Of a stretch of 32,650 bases of DNA, positions 8,083 to 16,424 are shown in pieces. Source of the stretch: Pseudomonadota bacterium (lineage in GTDB: Bacteria > Pseudomonadota > Alphaproteobacteria > Elsterales > Elsteraceae); the NCBI GenBank assembly GCA_016195115.1, contig JACQAI010000723.1, positions 1-32,650 of the forward strand, read 5' to 3'. Made by a program: the position numbers and the translations under genes. The notes beneath the pieces are model-generated. The model was given only the letters and a program-made list of their open reading frames with translations. It was not told the origin of the DNA and made no database searches. Each line of letters opens with the position of its first letter. The first letter of the stretch is position 1.

Positions 8083-8845
8083 GGCGGGCGTCGAGGAACT
8101 GGCGCGTCATGACGAACGAGTCCTCGGCGGCCGCCGGGTTGTGGACCAACTTGTGACCGTAGGCGTAGCGCTCCGGTCCGCGGGAGTCGAAGGCATGGTA
8201 GGTGCCGGGATAGAGCTTGAGGGTCAAGCCCGGGGTCTCGCCGGCACGCGCGGCCGCGTAGTCGACACAGCGATTGGGGGTCGTCCAATCGTCGGCCTCG
8301 CCGATCAGGATCAGGGTCTCGGTGACGAGCCGCGAGAAATCCTGTCGACAGCCGGGATAGTATGCGACGGCGGCGCGGAACGGCCGCGCGCCGGCCGCGT
8401 CCACGACCAGCTGCTGCACCGCCTTCAAGACGGTCGAGCCGCCGTGCGAGAAGCCGATCACCGCAATTCGGTCGGCTCGAATGAACGGCTGGCTGGCAAG
8501 CCAGGCGGCGCCCGCGAACGCGTCGCGGGCCCGCAAGTCCGGTGTCACCGCCAACGGCGTCGCGCACACCGTCTTGACGTCGCGCGGCCCGAAGCTGTCG
8601 ATGACCAGCGCGGCATAGCCCCAGCCATTGAGGCGACGCGCCCACACGCGATGATTGCCGGCAAGCCCGCCGCAACCGTGCAGCACGACGACCGCCGGAA
8701 ACGGCCCGGCGCCGTCCGGCTTGAAGAGCTGGCCCGGCGAGTCCGCGGCGAGCCCACCGCGCCCGTCCGATGCGAACTGCACCGGCTGGGCACAGCCGAC
8801 CAGCACCAGCAGCGCCGCGACCCCGATCACTACGCGCAGCATCAC
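8075..8845 (-). CDS. Dienelactone hydrolase-family alpha/beta hydrolase, predicted lipoprotein
   Basis: It has a signal peptide with lipobox (LLVLVGC), VVVLHGCGG, the nucleophile elbow GFSHGG, and a C-terminal His (YHAF). Start is GTG 8845 or ATG 8842. Its 3' end overlaps the FkbM 3' end by 8 nt (convergent). Confidence 0.85.
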   Translation of the reverse strand: MMLRVVIGVAALLVLVGCAQPVQFASDGRGGLAADSPGQLFKPDGAGPFPAVVVLHGCGGLAGNHRVWARRLNGWGYAALVIDSFGPRDVKTVCATPLAVTPDLRARDAFAGAAWLASQPFIRADRIAVIGFSHGGSTVLKAVQQLVVDAAGARPFRAAVAYYPGCRQDFSRLVTETLILIGEADDWTTPNRCVDYAAARAGETPGLTLKLYPGTYHAFDSRGPERYAYGHKLVHNPAAAEDSFVMTRQFLDARLK

Positions 8846-8946
8846 CCGCCCTCAGCCGCGAACCCCGTTGCTTAGCGCCCCGCCGGCGCTTCGGGCAAGC
8901 GCCGCGGGCGGCGAGCGCATTGACGCCGGTGCGGGATGACGGAACC

Positions 8947-9966
8947 ATGCCGAAGCCGCGTCGGTCGGCGGCGCGGCGAGGGAGGCACCGGGTGTACCAG
9001 CGACGATGCATTCTCGGGTTGGCGCTTGGCGGCTTGCTGGCCGCGCTGCAACCCGCTGCTGCGGCCGATCCGTATCCGGCACGCCCGATCCGCCTGATCG
9101 TCGGCTTCGGCGCCGGCGGCGTCGCCGATCTGACGGTCCGCGTGGTCGGCCAACGCCTGGGCGAGCGCCTCGGCCAGGCGGTCGTGATCGACAACCGGCC
9201 GAGCGCCGGCGGCGTCATCGCGGCCGAGGCCGCGGCCGGCGCGCCGCCCGACGGCTACACCCTCTATCTGCTGACCAACGGCACGGCGATCAGCCAGTCG
9301 CTTTACAAGACCCTGCCGTACAACGCCGCCACCGACTTCGCGCCGATCTCGCAGATCGGGCAGTTTGACGTCGTCATTCTGACCGCGCCCGACGCGCCCT
9401 ACCGTACGGTCGCCGACCTGATCGCGGCGGCGCGCGCCAAGCCGGGCAGCCTCAGCATCGGCACGGTCAACCCGGGCAGCACCCAGCATCTGGCGGCCGA
9501 GCTGTTCAAGTCGATGGCCGGGATCGATGCCGTGACCGTGCCGTTCCGCACCTCGCCGGCGGTCATCACCGCGCTGCGCGCCAAGGAGGTCCAGGTCGGC
9601 TTCGAGATGCTGGCGCCGGTCAAGGCGCAGATCGAGGCCGGCGCGCTGCGCCCGCTCGCCGTGACGTCGGACAGCCGGTTCTCGCGCCTGCCGGCGATAC
9701 CGACCGTGCAGGAAAGCGGGCTGCCGGGCTACCAGGTATCGTCGTGGAACTCGCTGGCGGCGCCGGCGCGCACGCCGCCCGAGATCATCGCGCGGCTACA
9801 TAAGGAGATCGGCACGGTGCTGGCGATGCCCGACGTGCGGCAATCGCTGCTCGATCTCGGCATCGAGCCGCGCGCCAGCTCGCCCGATGCGCTGCGCGCC
9901 ATGCTGCTCGCCGAGATCGAGAAGTGGCGGGCGGTGATCCAGCGCGCCGGCATCGAGCCGCAATAG
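8947..9966 (+). CDS. Bug-family (TctC-like) tripartite tricarboxylate transporter substrate-binding protein
   Basis: ATG at 8947. A signal-like segment (ILGLALGGLLAALQPAAAA) is followed by the family hallmark YPARPIRLIVGFGAGGVADLTVR and a C-terminal EIEKWRAVI. Confidence 0.9.
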   Translation: MPKPRRSAARRGRHRVYQRRCILGLALGGLLAALQPAAAADPYPARPIRLIVGFGAGGVADLTVRVVGQRLGERLGQAVVIDNRPSAGGVIAAEAAAGAPPDGYTLYLLTNGTAISQSLYKTLPYNAATDFAPISQIGQFDVVILTAPDAPYRTVADLIAAARAKPGSLSIGTVNPGSTQHLAAELFKSMAGIDAVTVPFRTSPAVITALRAKEVQVGFEMLAPVKAQIEAGALRPLAVTSDSRFSRLPAIPTVQESGLPGYQVSSWNSLAAPARTPPEIIARLHKEIGTVLAMPDVRQSLLDLGIEPRASSPDALRAMLLAEIEKWRAVIQRAGIEPQ

Positions 9967-10829
9967 TGAAGAGCTGCAAGCCGCCCGATCCGCATCCGAC
10001 GACGCCGCGCGCCGCGCTGCCGCCCGGCGCCTGCGATGCGCACTGCCACGTGTTCGGCCCGGCCGACCGTTTCCCCTACGCGCCGGAGCGCAGCTACACG
10101 CCGCCCGACGCGCCGGTCGCGGCCTTGCGCGCGCTGCACGCCACCTTGGGTGTGTCGCGCGCCGTGATCGTCCAGGCGAGCTGCCACGGCACCGACAATC
10201 GCGCCATGCTCGACGCGATCGCGTCGAGCGACGGCGCCTATCGGGGCATCGCGATCGTCGGCGGCAACGTCACCGGCGCCGAGCTCGCGGCGCTGGATCG
10301 CGGTGGCGTACGCGGCGTGCGCTTCAACTTCGTCGCCCACCTCGGCGGCGCCCCCGACCTCGAGGTGTTCGACCGCACGCTCGATCGGCTCGATGGGCTC
10401 GGCTGGCACGTCGTGCTGCATCTCGACGCCGAGGACATCCTGACCTACGCCGATCGCATCCGGCGGATTCGCGTGCCGTTCGTGATCGACCACATGGGCC
10501 GGGTCAAGGCGGCGGGCGGCCTCGATCAGAAACCGTTCAAGATGCTGCTCGAGCTGATGCGCAACCCGCTCGCCTGGGTCAAGGTGTGCGGTCCGGAGCG
10601 GGTGTCCTCGACCGGCAAACCGTTCGACGACGCCATCCCGTTCGCCCGCAGGCTGCTCGAGGCGGCGCCCGAGCGCGTGCTGTGGGGCACCGACTGGCCG
10701 CATCCGAATATCGCGGGCGACATGCCCAACGACGGCGCGCTGGTCGATCTGTTCATGCGCGTGAGCGATGACGCAGGGCTACGCCACCGGGTGCTGGTCG
10801 ACAACCCGACACGGCTTTATTGGAGTTGA
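9966..10829 (+). CDS. Amidohydrolase-2 family hydrolase (LigI / 2-pyrone-4,6-dicarboxylate lactonase-like)
   Basis: Motifs are ACDAHCHVFGP..RFPY..YTPPDA, VIDHMG and WGTDWPHP. GTG 9966 overlaps the upstream TAG by 1 nt (TAGTG), suggesting translational coupling. The track start at 9924 would overlap the binding-protein gene. Confidence 0.85.
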   Translation: MKSCKPPDPHPTTPRAALPPGACDAHCHVFGPADRFPYAPERSYTPPDAPVAALRALHATLGVSRAVIVQASCHGTDNRAMLDAIASSDGAYRGIAIVGGNVTGAELAALDRGGVRGVRFNFVAHLGGAPDLEVFDRTLDRLDGLGWHVVLHLDAEDILTYADRIRRIRVPFVIDHMGRVKAAGGLDQKPFKMLLELMRNPLAWVKVCGPERVSSTGKPFDDAIPFARRLLEAAPERVLWGTDWPHPNIAGDMPNDGALVDLFMRVSDDAGLRHRVLVDNPTRLYWS

Positions 10830-10880
10830 CGCGGCAGGGGCGCTGCCCCCGCGAGCGCCCCCGCTAGGAGGAGAGCCATC

Positions 10881-11723
10881 GTGCCCGACGACCTGAACGC
10901 CTGGATCGGCCGGACCCGGACCGACACCGACCAGATGACGCGCCAGACGGCGTTGCGCATCGCGGCGCTGCTCGACCTACCGGGCGACGGCCTGACCGAT
11001 GGCGCGGTACTGCCCCAAGCCTGGTCGGCGGTGCTGTTCGGGCCGCTGGCGCCGCACTCGCAGATCGGGCCCGACGGCCATCCGCGACGCGGCGACTTCC
11101 TGCCGCCGGTGGCGCTGCCGCGGCGCATGTTCGCCGGCCGCCGCACCACCTTCCAGGGCCCGCTGCACATCGGCGACGAGGTCGAGCGCGTGTCGGAGAT
11201 CGCCAAGGTCGAGGCCAAGGACGGCCGCAGCGGCCGCATGATCTTCGTCACCGTGGTCCATCGCCTGCGCGCGCGCGGCGCCCCGGTGCTGACCGAGGAG
11301 CAGGACATCGTCTATCGCGACGAGATCAAGCCGGGCGGCGCGCCCACGGCCCCGGCGCGCGACGCGCCGCCGACCGCCGCCTGGAGCCGCACCGTGGTGC
11401 CCGATCCCGTCATGGTGTTCCGCTATTCGGCGATCACCTACAACGGTCACCGCATCCACTACGACGCCGACTACACGCGCGACGTCGAGGGTTACCCCGC
11501 CTGTGTGGTCAATGGCGGGCTCACCACCCTGCTGACCCTCGAGCTGGCGCGCGCCAAGCTCGACCGGCCGCTCGCCGCGGTGGCGACGCGCAACGTCAAG
11601 CCGCTGTTCGTCGGCCGGCCGATCACCGTGTGCGGCACGACGGCGGGCGAGCGCGCCGAGCTGTGGGTGCTCGATGACGGTGGCGCGCTCGCGCTCAAGG
11701 CCAGCGCCGAGCTCGCGCGATGA
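10881..11723 (+). CDS. Double hotdog-fold (MaoC-N / HTD2-like) acyl-CoA hydratase/dehydratase
   Basis: 280 aa. GTG 10881 follows AGGAGGAG. The N-terminus has WIGRTRTDTDQMT (MaoC_dehydrat_N-like). The C-terminus has YSAITYNGHRIHYDADYTRDVEGYPACVVNGGL. Confidence 0.8.
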   Translation: MPDDLNAWIGRTRTDTDQMTRQTALRIAALLDLPGDGLTDGAVLPQAWSAVLFGPLAPHSQIGPDGHPRRGDFLPPVALPRRMFAGRRTTFQGPLHIGDEVERVSEIAKVEAKDGRSGRMIFVTVVHRLRARGAPVLTEEQDIVYRDEIKPGGAPTAPARDAPPTAAWSRTVVPDPVMVFRYSAITYNGHRIHYDADYTRDVEGYPACVVNGGLTTLLTLELARAKLDRPLAAVATRNVKPLFVGRPITVCGTTAGERAELWVLDDGGALALKASAELAR

Positions 11724-12940
11724 CTGGCGGCCCGCTGGCCGGCGTCCGCGTGCTCGACCTGACCGCGGTCGTGGTCGGGCCGGTATGCACCCAGACCCTG
11801 GCCGACCACGGCGCCGCGGTAATCAAGATCGAGCCGCCCGAGGGCGACCTGCTGCGCACGCTCGCGGGCAAGTCGCCGACGCCCAAGATGTCGTCGAAGT
11901 TCCTCGCCTTCAACCGCAACAAGCGCTCGCTGGCGATCGACCTCAAGGCTCCCGAGGCCCGCGACATCATGGCCAAGCTGGTGGCGCAGACCGACGTGCT
12001 GGTCGCCAACATCCGGCCGGCGGCGCTCAAGCGCCTCGGGCTCGATCCGGAGACCTGTGCGCTGCGCAACCAGCGGCTGATCTATTGCAGCCTGGTCGGC
12101 TTCGGCCAGAACGGCCGTTACCGCGCCAAGCCGGCCTACGACACCATCATCCAGGGCTCGACCGGCGTCGCGGCGTGCTACGCGCGCGCCACCGGCGAGC
12201 CGCGCTACGTCCCGATGGTGATGGCCGATCACATCGTCGGTCTGATCGCGGTGCAGCAGATCGCGATGGCGCTCTACCATCGCGAGCGTACCGGCGCGGG
12301 CCAGACCATCGAAGTGCCGATGTTCGAGAACATGGCGGCGTTCGTGCTGCAGCAGCACCTCTATCTGCGCACCTTCGAGCCGCCGCTCGGCGGCACCGGC
12401 GATCCGCGCCTGGTCAACCCCGAGGCCAAGCCGCTGCCGACCCAAGACGGCTATATCTGCATCTCGGCCAACACCGACGCCCAGGCGTTCGGCTTCTTCG
12501 AAGCGATCGGCCGACCCGAGCTCAAGGACGACCCGCGCTTCTCATCGGTGCCGGCGCGCTTCGCCAACGTGCAGGCCTATTTCGAGCTGCGCGCCCGCGC
12601 GCTCAAGACCCGCACCACCGCCGCGTGGGTCGAGATCTTCGACCGGCTCGACGTGCCGGCGATGCCTTACCACACCTTCGAGAGCTTGCTCGAGGACCCG
12701 CACCTCGGCGAGGTCGGCCTGGTCACCACGGTCGCGCATCCCACCGAAGGCCGGATCAAGAACGTCGGCGTGCCCAATCGCTGGTCGAACGCACGGCGCG
12801 AGGACTACCTGCCGCCGCCCAAGATCGGCCAGCACAGCGTCGAGATCCTGACGGAAGCCGGTTACGCGGCGGACACCATCCGCGCGCTCGCCGAGCGCAA
12901 GGTGATCGTCGACGGCCGGCTGGTTGGCGCGCCGCGCTGA
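11720..12940 (+). CDS. Family III CoA-transferase (CaiB/BaiF/Frc family)
   Basis: 406 aa. It overlaps the upstream gene through an ATGA junction. The N-terminus is typical (GPLAGVRVLDLTAVVVGPVCTQTLADHGAAVIKIEPPEGD), with a later YDTIIQGSTG. Confidence 0.9.
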   Translation: MTGGPLAGVRVLDLTAVVVGPVCTQTLADHGAAVIKIEPPEGDLLRTLAGKSPTPKMSSKFLAFNRNKRSLAIDLKAPEARDIMAKLVAQTDVLVANIRPAALKRLGLDPETCALRNQRLIYCSLVGFGQNGRYRAKPAYDTIIQGSTGVAACYARATGEPRYVPMVMADHIVGLIAVQQIAMALYHRERTGAGQTIEVPMFENMAAFVLQQHLYLRTFEPPLGGTGDPRLVNPEAKPLPTQDGYICISANTDAQAFGFFEAIGRPELKDDPRFSSVPARFANVQAYFELRARALKTRTTAAWVEIFDRLDVPAMPYHTFESLLEDPHLGEVGLVTTVAHPTEGRIKNVGVPNRWSNARREDYLPPPKIGQHSVEILTEAGYAADTIRALAERKVIVDGRLVGAPR

Positions 12941-12943
12941 CGC

Positions 12944-13225
12944 CTAGGCCGTGCCGGCGGCGCCAGCGCCGCGCATCAGCAGCTCGTGGCGGCGCTCGAC
13001 GATGGCGTGGCCGACCAAACGCAGCCACTCCTTGACCTCGTCGAGGTTGGCACGGGCGTAGTCCTGATCGACCTCGGCGAGCACGCCGCGCAGCACCTGC
13101 TCGAGAATCCGCGTGACCTGGTCGTCAGGCACCGTCAGGAGCTGCACGGCCCAGCGCTCCGCGTGGGGCCGCAAGGCCTCCGAGAGGGCGTCGAAGGCGC
13201 CGGTGACGGGTGGCTCTGGTGCCAT
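12944..13225 (-). CDS. Small hypothetical protein (93 aa, predicted helical)
   Basis: This is the C-terminal part of track ORF 12944-13552, starting from ATG 13225. It has GC3-rich codon usage and a non-shadow composition (DDQVTRILEQVLRGVLAEVDQDYARANLDEVKEWL). I recognise no family. The upstream 109 aa of the track ORF look non-coding. Confidence 0.4.
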   Translation of the reverse strand: MAPEPPVTGAFDALSEALRPHAERWAVQLLTVPDDQVTRILEQVLRGVLAEVDQDYARANLDEVKEWLRLVGHAIVERRHELLMRGAGAAGTA

Positions 13226-13412
13226 GACGAGTCGACGAGTGTGCGGCGTCAAAGATCTGCCATGGTGCGCCCCGGCGACCGCCGCGCGCAAGCGGCGCGA
13301 GCCGCGACACCACGCGCCTTGACCCCGGGGCGGGGGCTCTCGAACATCGGCGATACGCTGGGCACTGGCGCGCTCGACCGCCGCGACCCGGCGCGGGAAT
13401 CGGGAGGCCGTC

Positions 13413-14444
13413 ATGGAACTGCGCCGAGTCGCATCGCGGCTCGGGGCCCTGGCGTTGGGGGCCTGGGCGCTCGCGACCGCCGGCACGGGCGCGGCGCAGA
13501 CCCTGCCCCAGCTACGCATCTCGCTCGATTCCGCGGCGACCCACGAGCGCACGATCGTCGTCGCTGATTATCTCGCCAAGCTCGAGCGGGCCTCGGGCGG
13601 CCGCCTGCGCACGCGGCTCTACCACAGCGCGCAGCTCCACAAAGACGTCGCGGTGCCGCGCGCGCTACGCGAGGGCAGCGTCGAGATGGCGATGCCGGTC
13701 GGCGCGGTGCTGAGCAGCTTCGTGCCCGACATCGACATCATCCAGCTGCCGATGTTCTACGGCCAGCCGCTCGACCGGCAGCACCGCGTCGTCGACGGTC
13801 CGGTCGGCGACCGGATCAACGGCCAGCTCGAGCACCGGCTGGGCGTCAAGGTGATCGGCCCGTGGCTCGACCTCGGCTTCGCCAACTACTACAGCACCAA
13901 CAAGCCGCTCGCCGACTTCAAGGACCTCGCGGGCCTGAAGATCCGCACCGCGGCCGACGCCGGTCAGTTCGCCCGCGCCCGCTTCTTCGGCGCCATCCCG
14001 AACATGACGCCGTGGCCAGACGTGCCGGCGTCGCTGGCGCGCGGCCTGTGCGACGGCCTGGCGACCACCCACGAAACCGCGGTCAACGCCAAGCTGTGGA
14101 ATTCCGGGGTCAAGCACGCGTTCGAGGACCATCAGTTCATCGGCTACTACATCCCGATGGTCAGCGGCCGCTTCTGGAGCCGCCTGTCAGCCGAACTGCA
14201 GCGCCTGATGGTCGACGTCTGGGCCCAGAACCTGCCGCAGTACCGCCAGCGCATGGCGTCGGCGCAGGACGAGGCGCACATCATCCTGGCCGAGCACGGG
14301 GTCACGTTCGTCACCCCGACGCCGCAGCAGCTGGCGAGCATGCGCGCCCACATGATGGCGCAGCAGGACCAGATCGCCCGCGAGCTCAAGCTCACGCCCG
14401 ATCTCGTCAAGCTGGCGACCGAGACGATCGAGCCGGGCGGCTGA
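13413..14444 (+). CDS. TRAP transporter substrate-binding protein (DctP family), orphan
   Basis: ATG 13413 follows GGGAGG. It has a signal peptide (LGALALGAWALATAGTGAAQ) and a DctP-like pattern (SGGRLRTRLYHSAQLHKD..ALREGSVEMAMP...IIQLPMFYG). No dctQ or dctM gene is adjacent. Confidence 0.9.
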   Translation: MELRRVASRLGALALGAWALATAGTGAAQTLPQLRISLDSAATHERTIVVADYLAKLERASGGRLRTRLYHSAQLHKDVAVPRALREGSVEMAMPVGAVLSSFVPDIDIIQLPMFYGQPLDRQHRVVDGPVGDRINGQLEHRLGVKVIGPWLDLGFANYYSTNKPLADFKDLAGLKIRTAADAGQFARARFFGAIPNMTPWPDVPASLARGLCDGLATTHETAVNAKLWNSGVKHAFEDHQFIGYYIPMVSGRFWSRLSAELQRLMVDVWAQNLPQYRQRMASAQDEAHIILAEHGVTFVTPTPQQLASMRAHMMAQQDQIARELKLTPDLVKLATETIEPGG

Positions 14445-14455
14445 CGCATCCGAGA

Positions 14456-14508
14456 CACACAAGCAATCCCTCCCCCGCGCTTCGCGCGGGGGAGGGATTG
14501 CTTGTGTG
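14456..14508. repeat. Perfect 25-bp inverted repeat (hairpin), a possible terminator or stand-alone palindromic element
   Basis: CACACAAGCAATCCCTCCCCCGCGC (14456-14480), a 3-nt loop, then the exact reverse complement (14484-14508). It begins 12 nt after the dctP-like stop. No U-tract follows. Confidence 0.6.
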
Positions 14509-14512
14509 CATG

Positions 14513-14537
14513 CCCTGGCGCTTTCGCGGGGATGACG
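14513..14537. repeat. REP-like element (CCCGCGnAAGCGGGGA-TGAC family), degenerate copy
   Basis: The sequence ccctggcgctttcgcggggatgacg shares the CGCTTTCGCGGGGATGAC core with the copies at 15639-15667 and 21208-21290. Confidence 0.5.
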
Positions 14538-14593
14538 ATTTCAAACTGCAGAGATAACGGGCTAGTATCGGGCCCCGTTTCGGGAGACGACAC

Positions 14594-15562
14594 ATGGCGG
14601 TCCGGCTCGCGCGGTTTCTGCTCGGCGTGCTGCTGCTCGGGTTCCTGCTCGCCCCGGCGCACGCCGCCGACTTTCCGACCCGCCCCGTCAAGCTGATCGT
14701 GCCGTTCGCGCCGGGCGGCGCGACCGACATCATCGGCCGCCTGCTCGGCGAGCGGCTGACCGCGCGCTGGGGCCAGGCGGTCATCATCGAGAACAAGCCC
14801 GGCGCCGGCACCATCGTGGGCACCAGCGCGGTCGTCAACGCCCCGGCCGACGGCCACACGATCGGCATCGCGATCTCGGCGCACGTCATCAACCCGAGCC
14901 TGCACGCGAACCTGCCCTACGACACGCTGCGCGACCTCGCGGGCGTGTCGCTGTTGTCGTTCCAGTCGATCGCGGTGACCGCCAATCCCGGCATCGCCGC
15001 CACCGACGTGCGCTCGCTGGTCGACTTGGCCAAGACGACACCCGGCGGTCTCGACTACGCCTCCCCCGGCGTCGGCACCATGACGCATCTCGCCGGCGAG
15101 CTGTTTAGCCGCGCCGCCGGCGTGACCCTGAACCACATCCCCTACAACGGCGGCGCGCCGGCGACCACCGACGTGGTCGCCGGGCGCGTCCCGGTCATGT
15201 TCGACATCTGGTACGCCGCGCGCCCCCACGTCGAGGCCGGCCGTCTCAAGGTGATCGGCTTCCTCGACGCCCAGCGCCTGCCCGGTCGCCCCAACGACGG
15301 CACCTTTGCCGAGGTCTATCCCGGGCTCGAGGTCAAATCGTCGCTCGGCCTGATCGTGCGCAGCGCGACGCCACGGCCGCTGATCGAGCAGATCTCCCAG
15401 GCCGCCCGCGAGGCCGTGCAGGCGCCCGACCTCGCCGGCCGCATGCGCGAGCTCGGCCTCGAGCCGATCGGCACGACCGCCGCCGACTACGACGCCTTCA
15501 TCCGCCGCGAGATCGCGCGCTGGAAGGGCGTCATCGAGGCCAAGGGCATCAAGGCGAACTAG
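14594..15562 (+). CDS. Bug-family (TctC-like) substrate-binding protein, second copy
   Basis: 322 aa. It has a signal peptide (LLGVLLLGFLLAPAHAA), then FPTRPVKLIVPFAPGGATDIIGR, and a C-terminal EIARWKGVI. Confidence 0.9.
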   Translation: MAVRLARFLLGVLLLGFLLAPAHAADFPTRPVKLIVPFAPGGATDIIGRLLGERLTARWGQAVIIENKPGAGTIVGTSAVVNAPADGHTIGIAISAHVINPSLHANLPYDTLRDLAGVSLLSFQSIAVTANPGIAATDVRSLVDLAKTTPGGLDYASPGVGTMTHLAGELFSRAAGVTLNHIPYNGGAPATTDVVAGRVPVMFDIWYAARPHVEAGRLKVIGFLDAQRLPGRPNDGTFAEVYPGLEVKSSLGLIVRSATPRPLIEQISQAAREAVQAPDLAGRMRELGLEPIGTTAADYDAFIRREIARWKGVIEAKGIKAN

Positions 15563-15581
15563 GGCGCAACGTGTTGCGCCC
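15562..15581 (+). terminator. Short GC hairpin at the stop codon of the second Bug gene
   Basis: GGGCGCAACGTGTTGCGCCC is a perfect palindrome (7-9 bp stem). No U-tract follows, so terminator function is uncertain. Confidence 0.3.
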
Positions 15582-15584
15582 GTA

Positions 15585-15667
15585 TCCCCGCGCAAGCGAG
15601 GATCCACGATGACAGCACTGGCATCGAGCTCGCGATCCTGGATCCCCGCTTGCGCGGGGATGACGGG
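15585..15667. repeat. Inverted pair of REP-like elements
   Basis: TCCCCGCGCAAGCGAGGATCCA (15585-15606) is the reverse complement, with 1 mismatch, of TGGATCCCCGCTTGCGCGGGGA (15639-15660), which is followed by TGACGGG. Each unit is itself a small hairpin (CCCCGC/GCGGGG). Confidence 0.65.
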
Positions 15668-15706
15668 CTTTGTTGGGGATCACCTCAATGTGAAGCGATC
15701 TCGGAC

Positions 15707-16348
15707 CTACTGGAGCGCCAGCGAGCCGCGCAGGATGTCGGCGGCCGGATTGATCGCGGCGCCGTTGATGATCTCCTCGGCACTGACGATGCGGCCGTAG
15801 AAGCGCCGATTCTCGCCGACATTGTACGACACGTCGGTGCCCTCGACCGTGATGCCGGCATAGGCGCCGCTGGCGCGCGCCCAGGCGATGACGTCGACGC
15901 CTTGGGGTGTCTTGTTGCTCACCTCGGTGCCTTCCATGAACACCGCGACGCCATCCTGGCCGCCGAATGTAAAGTCGCCGCGCAGCCAGGACTGCAGCGC
16001 CGTGTCGCTCATCACGAAGAAGACCAGCTTGGCGGTTTGGAAGCCGACCTGCAGGCCGAAGGTGCCGCCACCGATCGAATAGAACGCGGGCGCCGCCCAG
16101 CCGCCGCCGGCGTCCTTGACCAGCAGCAGGCCGGTACCGCCCTGGCCGCCGACCAGCAAGCCGCCCTTGCTGAGCGACGGCACGACCATGACGGCACGGG
16201 CGCGGCGCAGCAGGTCGGTCGAATCGAAGGCCGCGTCAGCGCGCATCTCCTGGACCACCCCGGCAGCACGATCGACCAGCGCCTCCGCAGCCGGCGCCGG
16301 CGCCGTCAGCATCGCGAACACCGCTGCGAACCCTATCGATTTCCACAT
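15707..16348 (-). CDS. SYLF (Ysc84-like, DUF500) lipid-binding domain protein, secreted
   Basis: Start is ATG 16348 (MWKSIGFAAVFAMLTAPAPAAEA, a signal peptide). The SYLF pattern is VPSLSKGGLLVGGQGGTGLLL...YSIGGGTFGLQVG. Confidence 0.8.
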   Translation of the reverse strand: MWKSIGFAAVFAMLTAPAPAAEALVDRAAGVVQEMRADAAFDSTDLLRRARAVMVVPSLSKGGLLVGGQGGTGLLLVKDAGGGWAAPAFYSIGGGTFGLQVGFQTAKLVFFVMSDTALQSWLRGDFTFGGQDGVAVFMEGTEVSNKTPQGVDVIAWARASGAYAGITVEGTDVSYNVGENRRFYGRIVSAEEIINGAAINPAADILRGSLALQ

Positions 16349-16424
16349 CGCTGCACCCTCGATGGCGCACGGGGGCGCCGCTGCTAGAAACAAATTCCAG
16401 CGGGCCGCGGTTCCCTCGATTCGG

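Noticed and set aside
8770-8946. Long N-terminal extension of the first Bug-family ORF (track start 8770)
   Set aside because: The extension overlaps the divergent hydrolase gene and is Arg/Pro/Ala-rich. The signal peptide and mature-protein motif follow ATG 8947.
12944-13552. 202-aa minus-strand ORF, and the overlapping 193-aa plus-strand ORF 12986-13567
   Set aside because: The N-terminal 109 aa of the minus ORF and the whole plus ORF are Arg/Ala-rich with no coding signal. Only the terminal 93 aa (from ATG 13225) look protein-like, and even that is low confidence.
14539-14566. Possible sigma-70 promoter (TTTCAA-N18-TAGTAT) upstream of the second Bug gene
   Set aside because: The -35 match is weak and the spacer is non-optimal. 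It is too speculative to list as a feature.
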